Origin: Schmidtea polychroa
Taxonomy: Eukaryota
Direction of reading: 5' to 3'
Assembly (NCBI GenBank): GCA_044892525.1
Contig: CM097887.1
Location: forward strand, 24,056,001 to 24,120,000
DNA: 64,000 nt
Shown here in pieces: positions 10,634 through 22,089 of this stretch. Every line of letters starts with the position of its first letter. The first letter of the stretch is position 1. The notes under the pieces are model-generated. The model saw only the letters and a program-made list of their open reading frames with translations, did no database searches and was not told the origin of the DNA. The position numbers were made by a program, and so were the translations under genes.

Positions 10634-12469
10634 TAAAAATTTTTGGTAAAAGTCCCCAGAGCTTAGTAGAATTACTTCATATAACATTCACTAGCACTGG
10701 GGCAGAAATCAATGAGTTTTTTATTGCTTTTCAGCTTTTTAACTATTTTTCAGGAACCATTAAAATGTCGAAGGATCTCCGAATTGCATGCTGGGATTGT
10801 ATTGGCTCCAATATTCGAGATATAAACCAAAATACTTATACATATGCTGACAAGCTTATCTCTGGAAGTTTTGTCATTGAAAACTTGGTCCGAGAACAGC
10901 ATATAGACTTCCTAGATGCATTCGAAGCAGCCATAAAAATATGGCAATCTAACGTAAACTATAATCAGAATTACCTTTCTTTTATGAATAATGATTCGTT
11001 AGAAAAACATGCTTTTTTTAATAAAAATGTTAATTTTAAAGAAAAATTTAAAGAAAATGTTAATTTTAATAAAAACCCTAATAATTTTAAAAAAACCTTA
11101 AAAAAAATTAATATAAGTAATGAAAATTTTATTAAAAAACAAGTTATTAAAAATAAAAACGTGAAAACCCTTGATATTAAAAACGTGAAAAATTTACAAT
11201 TTTTTGAAAAGAAGCATGTTAATTATTTCCTTAATGATTTTAGAAAATTTTATAAAAATAAAAAAGCTAGAAATAAAAAACGAAAAAAATTAAAGAAAAA
11301 ACAAATTCAGAATAATTTGTTTAAAATTATCTCAAAAAACAGATCCGATGACAACGGCCGACTCACAGCAAACGTAAGCCCTGAAACAGAAATATTCTAC
11401 CACAGCTCGCCGGCCTTCGGCCGACTCCCAAGAAAATGATAAAGATGACGAATATGAAACTCATTTAGAATCCGATGCCAATAAAGTTAAAATGATACCC
11501 AAATCAAAAGAAACTCCAAAAAATAATATATCGCCAAATGCTCATAAAAAAACCCTAAAAAAGCTAATAACAATGATAATAGTGACAAAAACATCTACCT
11601 ATTAGACGATAGCCCTATTGAAAGGGACTCTTATCTAAAAATAGGGCAATCTAACAATGGATATGCCTTACCTATAATAAATAACTACAAAGGAAGCTTT
11701 AGTTTTACGGATATAGGTAGAATGAACCTGCGCGTTTTAAACAGAGATAGCACAAGTGAAAATGAAAATGATAGTTGTATAACCAAACCAGAAAATGATA
11801 AAGATGACGAATATGAAACTCATTTAGAATCCGATGCCAATAAAGTTAAAATGATACCCAAATTAAAAGAAACTCCAAAAAATAATATATCGACAAATGC
11901 TCATAAAAAAACCCTAAAAAAGCTAATAACAAAAAGAAGAAGGGAAAACGTCATTAAGAGTGTATATTATCAATAGGTCAATGTAGGAGTCCTTGTAGGG
12001 GCTCCGCCTAACTGACAATACCTTTTTAGTAGTTAATATTTGTAATATAAAACCTTTTCCTTTAAAACCACCTTACCTTAAAACACCATTCCTTCCAATC
12101 CATACTATAATATACTGTATAATATCTGATGGCTACAAAAATCGCAAATGGAGTCTTCTTACTCCGAATTATTAAATTCATTTAGATATGTGTGGACACA
12201 GAATGCTTGCTGATAGAATACTTTATGGAGAACCGCGTTCGATGCCAGAATTCGAGGACTGATACTGTGAAAGAAAGAACTAAGCCGACGCTTGCTGATT
12301 GGTGATAAAATACTTAGAAAAAACCACGTTTGATGCCAGAGTTCCTAACTCCAGCATCCAAAGAGAATAGACATAAAAATTTCAGTTTATTTAAGGGTGA
12401 GAACCGTTCTCCCCTTCGGCCCTGTGCCAGTTCGATTTACATAAAATAAAATTTGATTTTTTTTTTTTT
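10634..12469 (+). mobile_element. 1.8-kb non-autonomous relative of the NeSL-like element, inserted in the A1 gag 5' region
   Basis: Absent from A2. Shares the 5' hairpin, an internal motif (cagctcgccggcc..cggccgactc), 3' hairpins and the aataaaatttga(T)n end with 29827-37540. Contains a 140-bp duplication (11431-11572 / 11790-11931). Confidence 0.75.
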
Positions 12470-12470
12470 A

Positions 12471-13792
12471 CGGCAAATCGAAGAACACTCAGATCCTCAA
12501 GTAATCAATACGATTCATTATTTTCAGTAGAACAACTGCAAAGCATTAAACGAACAAGATCAATTCGCCATAAAAGAGGATCATCGCAAGGACCTAACGA
12601 AACAAGCAGAATACCAATAGACGACAAAGAAAACCCAACAACCCAATATACACCAAAGCGAGCAAGAAGTCGAGAAAGTATAATAGATATCACGAACAGT
12701 TTAACAACCTCAACAGAAGAACTATCCGTCCGGAGTTTAACTACGTCGTTGGATAACTTAAAAGAAATAGCCGAATTTCAAGAACCAATCATGACGAATG
12801 GTGTAAAGACCGACGAATATAAAGAGAAATTCAGGGTCGAACCATTCAATGGGAATGCGAACAAATTGGCGGCATTCATAACAAATTTTGAAGTCTATAC
12901 AACGGTGTGTGTATGGACGCCAGAAGCAATTAGTAAACGAATGCCTTTGTTTTTGTGCGATAGCGCACTCGAAGTGTATCTAGAAGCGAAAGAAAGAAAG
13001 ATAACATTGGATAGTTGGGAAAACATCAAAACCTTTTTGAGGAAAACTTTCGGAGCCAGCAAACCAATAAATCAAGCGCTAAGCGAACTGGCGAGTAGAA
13101 AACAAAGAGCAAACGAATCCATCACGTTATAAGCGAGCGAATTACGAAGATTAGCAAAGAAGGCCATGAATGGAAACTTGCCGAAGGAAAATTTAATTGG
13201 TTAATTCATAGAAGGACTACGCCGAGAGGAGGTAAGAGCCTCGGTGGGATGTCAAATGTGTAAAACACTAGAAGAGGCCATAGATTGGGCCACAAGATGC
13301 GAACTACACCTCCCAGCACAAATGAATGTCATGCAAGAGGAGGGGAGAATCGCAACAGCAACGGTAAAAACCGAAAATGGAGATAACAACAATCACGAAC
13401 CAAAGATGAATCAATTCATACCGGGTGCGCATCAAATTTTCAAACCACCACAAGGACGATCAAACGGGAATAACAGCGAACGCAACAACCCAAATAATGG
13501 GAACAATTTTAATAATCGACGAAATACGAACGATAGCAAACAATGCCGAACATGCGGTAAAATAGGGCATTGGGATAGAGATTGTTATAGAAACGCAAGT
13601 TGTAACAGGTGCGGACGACGTGGACATACGGAGAATATATGTCAAGCAAGAGCGTGCTATAACTGCGGTCAATCAGGTCATATCTCAAGGGAATGCCGAG
13701 AAAGGAGCCAACAACAACGACCACAACAGCGAAATAATAATTATACCCGAATCCGCAACGACAAAGTAACCCTAGTGAGGGAAAACAAATGA
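12471..13792 (+). pseudogene. gag: A1 Gag (capsid-like region + three CCHC zinc knuckles)
   Basis: FRVEPFNG...LFLCDSALEVY; CRTCGKIGHWDRDC, CNRCGRRGHTENIC, CYNCGQSGHISREC. TAA at 13130 and 13202 (TAC in A2) and a 1-bp deletion near 13748. Confidence 0.9.
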
Positions 13793-16700
13793 ATGTGATG
13801 CAAGAAATTTCACAAATGAAACAGATGATGCAACAAATGATGAGACCAAGACAAGAACCAGCACCACAACAAACTCAGAATATACGTATGATGAGGAGCA
13901 CCGAAAATCTCAGCAGTTATGAAGCACAACAACATGCACAAGAATGGCAGAGACTACAAGCTGAGGAAGAGAGAATAAAAAGAGAGCGAATTCAGCAGCG
14001 ACAAGAACAACCATTACGAATAAATATGATGAGAATGGTAAAGGAAATAAAAGAGCAATATTGTTACAATTATGGTAAAAATCCAAGTACCTATGATCGA
14101 ACCAGAGAAGCCTAAAGAAACAATTATAGAAACTAAAAGAGAAAACCCAACAACACCGCTAAAGGGAAATCAGAGAATTCAGAAAATATTTTGGAAAAAG
14201 ATAAAAGATAAAATCGAAAGAGAACATGAAAAAACAGAAGCAGAAGCGGTAAATAACGAAAACGAGAAACAAACTAGTCATTTAACCCATGAAATGATAC
14301 AAGAATTAGAATCGGAAGAATTAACGATATTTGAGAATAAAAAACTAAAGAAAGTACCGAGAATGAGAAATTTACGAATTAATGTAATGAAGACGACAAA
14401 GAAGGTATTGTCAACGGATGACAAAGAAGATTATGTGAGTAGCCTTGGTGGAGAAATATTCCAGTTAAATGAAAATATCGAACAACTGAGAGAAAAGATT
14501 GGGGCGGAAGAGCACGAAAATGAGAGCGAAAGCGATGTGACAAGCGAAAGTGAAGATGAGAATATCGAGATGAAACTAAGGAAAGAAAGAAAGGAAGCGA
14601 TAAGAAAAGTAAAAGAAATACTTCCAGTAGTAGTAAGAAACCAGGATTTCATTGACATCATACCATATAGACGCTTCACACAAAAGATAATGAAACTAGA
14701 AAGAAACGAAAAAGATCTAATACCAAGCGAAGAAAAAGCGATAATAAAGAAGTATATGGAAAAAATGAAACAAGTGGAGACAACACGCTATGTAATAAAG
14801 ATCGGAACGAGCAAAGGGCTCGAGAGAATATGGATAAAAAATGCAGTTACAGACGAGCTTTTCGATTGGATCAGAGAACATTTGGGCAGTTCGAGGAAGA
14901 AAGAATACCTGTATCAATATCAAGGAGAACAAATTAAACCTGATATGCACCTAATAGATGCGTTGATTTGGCCAGGAGAAACTCAAATATTGAAGTTACA
15001 TAAAGAGAAGCAACCAGCCAATGTTCACGAATGGGCTAAAGACGCCAAGGCTGAATACGATTTTAATATCAAGCTGAAGTTGGAACAAATAAAACAATGC
15101 ACCTTGAGACGAAACCTAGATAAATTAATCAAACAAATCCAAGAACAAGTTGAAGATAACTGGGATTTGCTCATAGCAAGACGAACCCCAGCTATGCATG
15201 AACTAATGAGCCGATTACGAGATACAGAATTGCTCAGAATGAGCGATTGGAGAATCATAAATTTGATCCACAAATATGGAAGGTTAAAAGAAACGCAACC
15301 AAAGAAATTAGAAATAACCATATGGTTACCAAACGAGGAGAAACGACGAATAAAAATGAGTAATCAGAGTACGGTGGATGACTTAGTATCAAAGATAAAC
15401 CAAGAGATAACAGAAAGGGTGCGAAGCGAGAGTAGCGATGGTATGATAGATGATGTAGTCATGATGTACGATAAAATAATATTACGGGCTGAGGACGATA
15501 CCTCGTTAAGCGAAATGGGAATGTGGGATAATCACCAAATAATTAGAATATTGCCCATGGACGAATTCCGAACAAGAGATGTAACCTACCAGAAAGAAAT
15601 ACGCGACAGGATGAAAACGCTATACCAAAAATCAGTAGAGATAATTGAAATTCATCAACAGTGGCTAAAAGAAAAAGAACTACAAGGGAAAATCAAGAAA
15701 CTGAGTATTAGATCTTGCAGACGAACCCCATGGGAAAGGATGTGGAATGCGGAAAACAAGGAATGGGAAATCAGGAAAGGAATCTTTGTAGAGACAGAAA
15801 TCGATGAGACAGAAAGCGAATCAGAAGAAGAGGAAGATGAACCTCCAAAATACGAAGAGGAAGAAATAGAACCGGCATCGGACGAGGAAAGCGAAACGGA
15901 CGTCACGTCAGAAAGTGAAACCGAAATTAGACACATTCATGCGATGAGAAAGAAGGAACGTGAATATGCCGATATGGACAGTGAGGAAGCGATAGAAGCC
16001 AGAGAACGAGAAGAGAAGGAAAGATATAAACAATTAGGTGATATCATAGCAATGGGAGCAAAATATCAACAACGACAAGTAGTAGCATTGGCTAACATCA
16101 TCCTAAAGACATCAGAGAATATCCACAATCTAAGAGAGATGGCGAAGGCGATAGAGGAATACCGACAGTATAACGAATGGTATCCAGAACAGCTAGTACA
16201 AATTATCAGAAAATGGAGAAATCAGGAGTGGGCACAAGATACCCAAGAAAGATATCGTATCCGAGTCAAATATCCCGACAAAAGCATCGAGGATATAGAA
16301 GTACATCCAACAACGAAGATCAGGGAATTAAAAAAGAAATTAGCATACGAAACTCCATTTCACCTGCAATTATTCGGGAAATCGCTAGATGATAATGCAG
16401 ACGTCGGAATAACACCCATGAGATTGGGGGAGATCAATGTATTGACAATGGCAGAAACATTAGGGAAACCAATCAAAAGAAAAAGCAAATCCAGCAAACC
16501 CACGAAAGGTAGCTTAAGTACACCAAGTCCTGACAAAGGGCCGAGTAAATCGAACGAAACCGAGGAAATCGAGGAGATCATATTAGAAGACGGCGATGAA
16601 GGAGCCGGAGAACGATCACCAATTCTAGTGAGATGGCCGACAGGGGCAGAAATATGGACAACAAGCCAACCATCAACTAGCTATCAACTACCAAGTAAGC

Positions 16701-17074
16701 TGAACATAGAAGAAATTATCGATAATACGACAGAAACCGAAACCGACGAACAATTCCAACGACAAAAAGGACCAACAAAAGTAACACCGGAAGGTCAAAC
16801 AGACAAAATAATAGACGAATGGAATGAATGGCTGAGAAACAACGATAGCTCATTACCGAGAACAGATAATGAGAGAAACCCGAGTTACGAAATGACCAGA
16901 GAAGCTGGAACAACGATGGAGAAACGGGCAAAAGGAAGACCCAAGAAGCAAGGAGAAAAGCCAGAATTAAAAACTAGAGAACAATTAAAACAAGAACAAG
17001 GACAAGTCAGATTAGAAAAATTGGACAAAATAGTGTGGGATCTAAGAGGCCCAAACAACAATAGAAAGAGGTGA
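13789..17074 (+). CDS. A1 accessory polyprotein region with three ubiquitin-like domains and acidic linkers
   Basis: ORFs 13789-14115 and 14072-17074, joined in A2. Beta-grasp-like segments at ~14780-15005, ~15303-15557 and ~16250-16445. Confidence 0.75.
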
Positions 17075-17470
17075 AAAATGGATACGAGAGCTAGTCAAAG
17101 ATATGCTAATAATAACCAAACCGCAATTGAGACGGTTATGGCAACGGAAGGTAGCAAATGTGGAAGCCAGACAACTATGGAATATAATATCCGGAATAAT
17201 CCCGAAATTGATCAAAGAGAAAACAAAGACCACTAAAACAGATTGGGAAGAGACCAGGAGAGTAATTGAACAATTAACTTTAAACGCGAACGACGACGAA
17301 CATCATCTAGTGGTATTAACGTATCTAATGTATAATTTGATGGGATTAGCAGCTAGGAAAATACCTAACAAACAATTCGCAAATCATGTAGAAATGACAG
17401 TGACAATCATTGAAAATACAATCGAACCACCTATTATCCGCGCAGGCGGGTGGAAAAGACTTATACAAGC
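17075..17470 (+). CDS. Bcl-2-like domain of the A1 polyprotein
   Basis: BH4-like WIRELVKDML, BH3-like ARQLWNIISGII, BH1-position VIEQLTLNANDDEHHLVVLTYL, BH2 PPIIRAGGWKRL. Confidence 0.75.
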
Positions 17471-17589
17471 GCCACGAAAAAACGAGCAAGAAAGATCAAT
17501 GCAAATCCGGTTGAAGAAATTGCTAAACGAACTGGAATGGGAATTGCCGATGAAAGACCCAGCCAGCAGAAAAGCGTCGATTAATTCAC

Positions 17590-19663
17590 TAATGATGACC
17601 ATGATGATATGGATGCTATGCACAAGCGGAGCATCAGGATTTACAATTTACGACTGCGACAATTCAGTAATGGGAGAAAAGTACTCGCTGAGAGATATAG
17701 AGGAATGTAGACAGGCATCTCCGAATAAATTAGATATAGTAAAAAAGAAAGTCTCCTATCACGTGTATCAAGAATCAGACTTTATCCGAACACAAGCGAG
17801 AATGCGTAGTATCAAAGAAGGTATTGGCATATTACTGTGGGCAATATTCGTATTCAACTCTCATACTACCCGGATTAGATAAAGAAATAGTACCTATACA
17901 GCGAGAGGACTGTAAAGAGCTTTTTAGAACTGGAGCGATGAGAATCAGAGATGGAGTAACAATACACGGACAAAGCGGAATGATCAAGACTGAAAGCATC
18001 TATGTAGCCGGACGGCTAAAATCTACGGATGGATCATGTAGCGGAGGCGCGTATACGATCAGAGGGGAGGCGATATCGGGGGTACTAGTAATTGAGTCCT
18101 ACACAGTGGAGTTGAAGGAATACGAAGCGCAATTTGACGCAAATAATTATCAAATGAAAACCAACCCAGCATGCAGAGCTACGGAAAACGTATGTAAAAC
18201 TGGAGTATCAACCATAATATATGAAGCTAACACTCAAAAATGCCGACTCCAATTGTTAAAAAGTGCTTTGTTTAATGAAGTAAAAGGAGAAATTTATGAA
18301 AACGAAGATGACGATGAAGAAAATGGAGGAGTTAGAATGCGAAATGGGAAACCAATTCCACCATCCCCCAAAGAAAAAAGACTCACAACACAAAATACAC
18401 CAACCGCACTAATTACAGACGATCCAGATATAGGTATGAGATTCATCAGGGAAAAAGAGACCACCAAATGTGACGAACTACGCAGGCATCTACATGTCAA
18501 GACAGGTAATAGACCGAGCAGTGGGAAAGATATCAACGGAGGACGTAAAGCTGTACCTGTACGCCAATAACAAAATGGACTTTTTATTTCATCGTGGACA
18601 AACGACAATGCAAAAAGTATATTACGACCTCATACAAAATGACTGTTCATTGAACAAAGAAATACTAAAAACCAAATTAGCCATCGCAATAACACACCCA
18701 GATAACACGATGCCATCACTCCCGTTACCGGATGGACATTTTGGTAGAATGGTGGGAGAGGTGATGTATACATATGCATGTACTAAGACGTTCGCGCGAA
18801 TGCCAAGAAACCCCACAATTCCACCAGGGAAATGTGCAAACGAATTAGAAATTAGTTACAAAGGACGGAACAGATTTGTTCAACCCGTCACTAGAATTAT
18901 GAACCCAATTGGATTTTATCCGAACACTTTTAACTGTTCAAATGCATACGGACCATTATATGAAAAACCCGATGGGAAATGGATAATGTTACCAGTAAAA
19001 ACCGAAGTACAAGAACCTAAAAAGTTTGGATTAATAGAACTCGCAACAGAAAAAGATTTCAAACCAATCGATGTGTCAAAGGCAGGTATGTACTCACCAG
19101 AGGATTTAGAAACAGCACGACTAAACGTACTATTCCCAGCAAGGCAAGAATCCATTTTATCGAACATGGTTACCATAACTGGTGGAACAAATTTTCAATC
19201 AGGTCCAAACTATGAACTATTATTATCACCAGATCATTTTCAACAAGCCACGTCCAACATGATGAAAGCAATGTGGGGAAGATTTCTAGTGTTCGGACAG
19301 ATGATGGCAGGAATATTGGGAATCATCTTAATTATCCAGATTGTCAGAGTGATATTGACTCAAATGTTAGCATGTTTTGATATCTATAAGAGGGAAAAGA
19401 AAGTAAATTGGAAATTGATAGTAGGTTTTCTACCATTTTTGACGAAAACAATGGTGTTGCACGGTCATTCTAAAGATATACATAGAATAAAACGATTAAT
19501 CAAAATACTGACAAAGATAAAAGGAACTGACGAGGAAGTCGGCAGACGATTCCGGAAAGCAATGTATGATGAAGCAACAAGAGCCCAGCTGACAAAGAAC
19601 AAACCTAAATTTATGGACAGGTTTAGAAATCGAAAAAAGCGTAAAACAGATGATGTGGATTAG
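17590..19663 (+). pseudogene. env: Envelope glycoprotein, chuvirus/Jingchuvirales-like (class III fusogen), two frameshifts
   Basis: Signal-like LMMTMMIWMLCTSGASG then FTIYDC..YSLRDIEEC..ECVV..YYCG. Cys-rich ectodomain, C-terminal TM (FLVFGQMMAGILGIILIIQIV) and basic tail. Confidence 0.75.
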
Positions 19664-19862
19664 CGGAATAATAATAGCAGGGGCATTTCTGATCATAACG
19701 GGGGGAACAATAAAAATAATCAAAGATAGACGACATCGCGGGGAATTAGAAATGACCAGAATCAGAAATTTTCAACATCAGGTAAAAAGACCAAGTAATA
19801 TCAAGCAGGAACAGTGGGTGGAGGCCTGGAATGCTCAGCGCCCTCCAAACTCACATATATAG
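19650..19862 (+). CDS. Small ORF with N-terminal hydrophobic helix, overlapping the env stop
   Basis: MMWISGIIIAGAFLIITGG followed by basic residues; 70 aa. Confidence 0.45.
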   Translation: MMWISGIIIAGAFLIITGGTIKIIKDRRHRGELEMTRIRNFQHQVKRPSNIKQEQWVEAWNAQRPPNSHI

Positions 19863-20006
19863 AAAGGATTATGACTGTATATAGATTGTAAAAAGGAAGT
19901 ATATAATATTTATTTATATAACAGTATTCTATATCTCTATATAAGCGCGGTATCAATATTATATGATGATGGGGATAAATAACATAAAAATAAAATTAGA
20001 CAAGGG

Positions 20007-20390
20007 TTGAAAAGTATGTATAAATTAAGAATGGAGCAAATAAACAACGAGGAAAACCACAGCACGACAACCGAGGAGATGTGGAAACAACAATGTGCTA
20101 TGTTAGCTCAAGTAATTTCGAATTTACAAGAACAAGGACTCGCTGTACAAAGAAACTTAGTCGAAAGTTTAAACAAAGGATTCAGTTACGTAAGAATAAT
20201 TGAAGATCAGCGAATAAAAATAGAACAAATGCAGAGAGAAATAGATCGAATATCGCGATACAGTCAGGTACAGGAGGAAGAGTTAATAAGAATTGCCGAG
20301 GAAATGGAAAGAGAGGAGATAGAAGACTGGTCAGAATGGTTAACCAGTAGGGAAGAGGGCGGACAAGAGGCCGACTCTTCCAACCAATAA
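20007..20390 (+). CDS. Orphan coiled-coil protein (A1 3' cassette)
   Basis: Open 127-aa frame (likely ATG at 20016) with heptad pattern, flanked by AT-rich spacers. Confidence 0.55.
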   Translation: MKSMYKLRMEQINNEENHSTTTEEMWKQQCAMLAQVISNLQEQGLAVQRNLVESLNKGFSYVRIIEDQRIKIEQMQREIDRISRYSQVQEEELIRIAEEMEREEIEDWSEWLTSREEGGQEADSSNQ

Positions 20391-20455
20391 ATATAGCCCA
20401 AATAAAATGTAAATAACTGTAAATAGAAATACGAGATTGTACCAGTAACGAATAT

Positions 20456-21868
20456 ATGTATATATATATAATTATAGAAATGGATAAGCGACAAAGAGAA
20501 GAGTTCAAAGAGATTGTCGAACAAGTCAGAAAATCCACCACAATTCGAATACATGACCATGTGAAGTGTGGAATATGCAAGGGATTATTAAAAGAACCTC
20601 ACCAAACCAGATGTGGATGTAGAATGTGCAAGGAATGTGTAGAGGAGATAATAAAGAAGGGACCACAATGGTGCCCAGTATGTAAAGAAACGATGATAAC
20701 AAGTTTGGGAGATACAAACGAAGACAAAGCGGCAGTGAAAGATATGTTGAATGCAAATTTAGGATGTAAAAACACCCCATGCAATTGGCGAGGAGTGATA
20801 TGGGAAGTGAGACAACACATAGAGAAGTGTGAGTATAAAATCAGTCAATGCAAACGTTGCGAGGAAGCGATTAAAGCAAATGAAGAGGAAGAGCATCAAA
20901 GTCGATGCGAGGAAAGGCTAGAAAAATGTGAATATTGTGGAGAAACCGACACTTGGAGAAAACTAACCAGTCAACATCATAACTTACAAGAGGAAAAAGT
21001 GTGCGCAGAATTTAGAGGAGAATGTCCCAATAAATGCTATAAATCCGGAGTAATAAAACTCGCTCAACATCTGAAAGAATGTGAAAGGAAAAAGATAACG
21101 TGTGTGCTAGGAAAATGGGGATGTCTGAAACAATTACACCGAGGAGAATTACCCCAACATCTAGCAGAGAACGTATCAACACACGCGGAAATATGGTCAA
21201 CGGTATTACAAGAAAACGAAAATAAAACCGAAAAACTGGAAAAGGAAATAATCTCGCTAAAAGCGTTGGTAAAGGAGTTATTGCAAGGAAAAGAAGCATT
21301 TGAAGAAGCGAGAACAAGTACAAAGATACAGACAGACCTAGTAGAAACTAGCAACAATATGGTGAAAGAACTACATCAAAAAGTAAGCGAAATAAATCTC
21401 AACGAATTAATACCAACGGCTCCATACATATGGAAAATAACGGGAGTAAAGGAAAAAATGCAGAGAGCAAGAAACGGGAAGGATACAACATTATTAAGTC
21501 CAGCATTTTACTCATGGAAAAACGGATATAAGATGAAAATGAAAGCATATCCCAACGGGGATGGAAGTGCATACGGAACACATTTTTCAGTATTCTTCTT
21601 GATGTGCAAAGGGTTGTACGACGAGTTAATAGAATGGCCGTTCAAAGCAAAAATAGACCTCGCAATGATGAATCATCAAAGAATACATGAACAGAGTTTT
21701 CATACAGCAGGAAACCTCGTATGTTATCAAAGGCCATTGGAAGAAGAAGGACCTGCATCCGGAGCACCGAATTTCATTCTACAGCGAAAAGTGGAAGAGA
21801 TGACAAGGAACGATACCATCTACATAAAAATAGCGGTGAGGCGAGATGGCAAGAGCAGAACAGAATAA
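20456..21868 (+). CDS. TRAF-family protein (RING - TRAF zinc fingers - coiled coil - MATH), intronless and intact
   Basis: CGICKGLLKEPHQTRCGCRMCKEC...CPVC; TRAF Zn fingers; MATH motifs YIWKI, SPAFY..GYKM..YPNGDG..GTHFS, WPF. Probable start is MDKRQ. Confidence 0.95.
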   Translation: MYIYIIIEMDKRQREEFKEIVEQVRKSTTIRIHDHVKCGICKGLLKEPHQTRCGCRMCKECVEEIIKKGPQWCPVCKETMITSLGDTNEDKAAVKDMLNANLGCKNTPCNWRGVIWEVRQHIEKCEYKISQCKRCEEAIKANEEEEHQSRCEERLEKCEYCGETDTWRKLTSQHHNLQEEKVCAEFRGECPNKCYKSGVIKLAQHLKECERKKITCVLGKWGCLKQLHRGELPQHLAENVSTHAEIWSTVLQENENKTEKLEKEIISLKALVKELLQGKEAFEEARTSTKIQTDLVETSNNMVKELHQKVSEINLNELIPTAPYIWKITGVKEKMQRARNGKDTTLLSPAFYSWKNGYKMKMKAYPNGDGSAYGTHFSVFFLMCKGLYDELIEWPFKAKIDLAMMNHQRIHEQSFHTAGNLVCYQRPLEEEGPASGAPNFILQRKVEEMTRNDTIYIKIAVRRDGKSRTE

Positions 21869-22089
21869 CGAAACGAATAATTTTGTATATACTAATTTGT
21901 AAATATCGGCGTATATATCCAGTAAAATATTATATAGTAGCGTAGAAAACCCCAAATCTACTAATGGTAAACTTAAGCGGAAAAATTCTAAAACGACCCA
22001 CCAATAACGAATTGTAAAAAATAAATAAATAGCGAAAAACAAAAATAATTATGCTACGTCAAGTTAATACTATCGTTATTTAGATAAAA

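Noticed and set aside
11975-12030. Twister- or hammerhead-like ribozyme in the NeSL-like 3' region
   Set aside because: UAAUG and ccgcctaac resemble twister, but the P2 partner and pseudoknot strands are missing, and there is no CUGAnGA/GAAA core.
14431-21581. Many short hydrophobic minus-strand ORFs opposite the A polyprotein and TRAF (likewise 49430-52707 and 60991-62855)
   Set aside because: Shadow frames of A/G-rich coding strands; no motifs.
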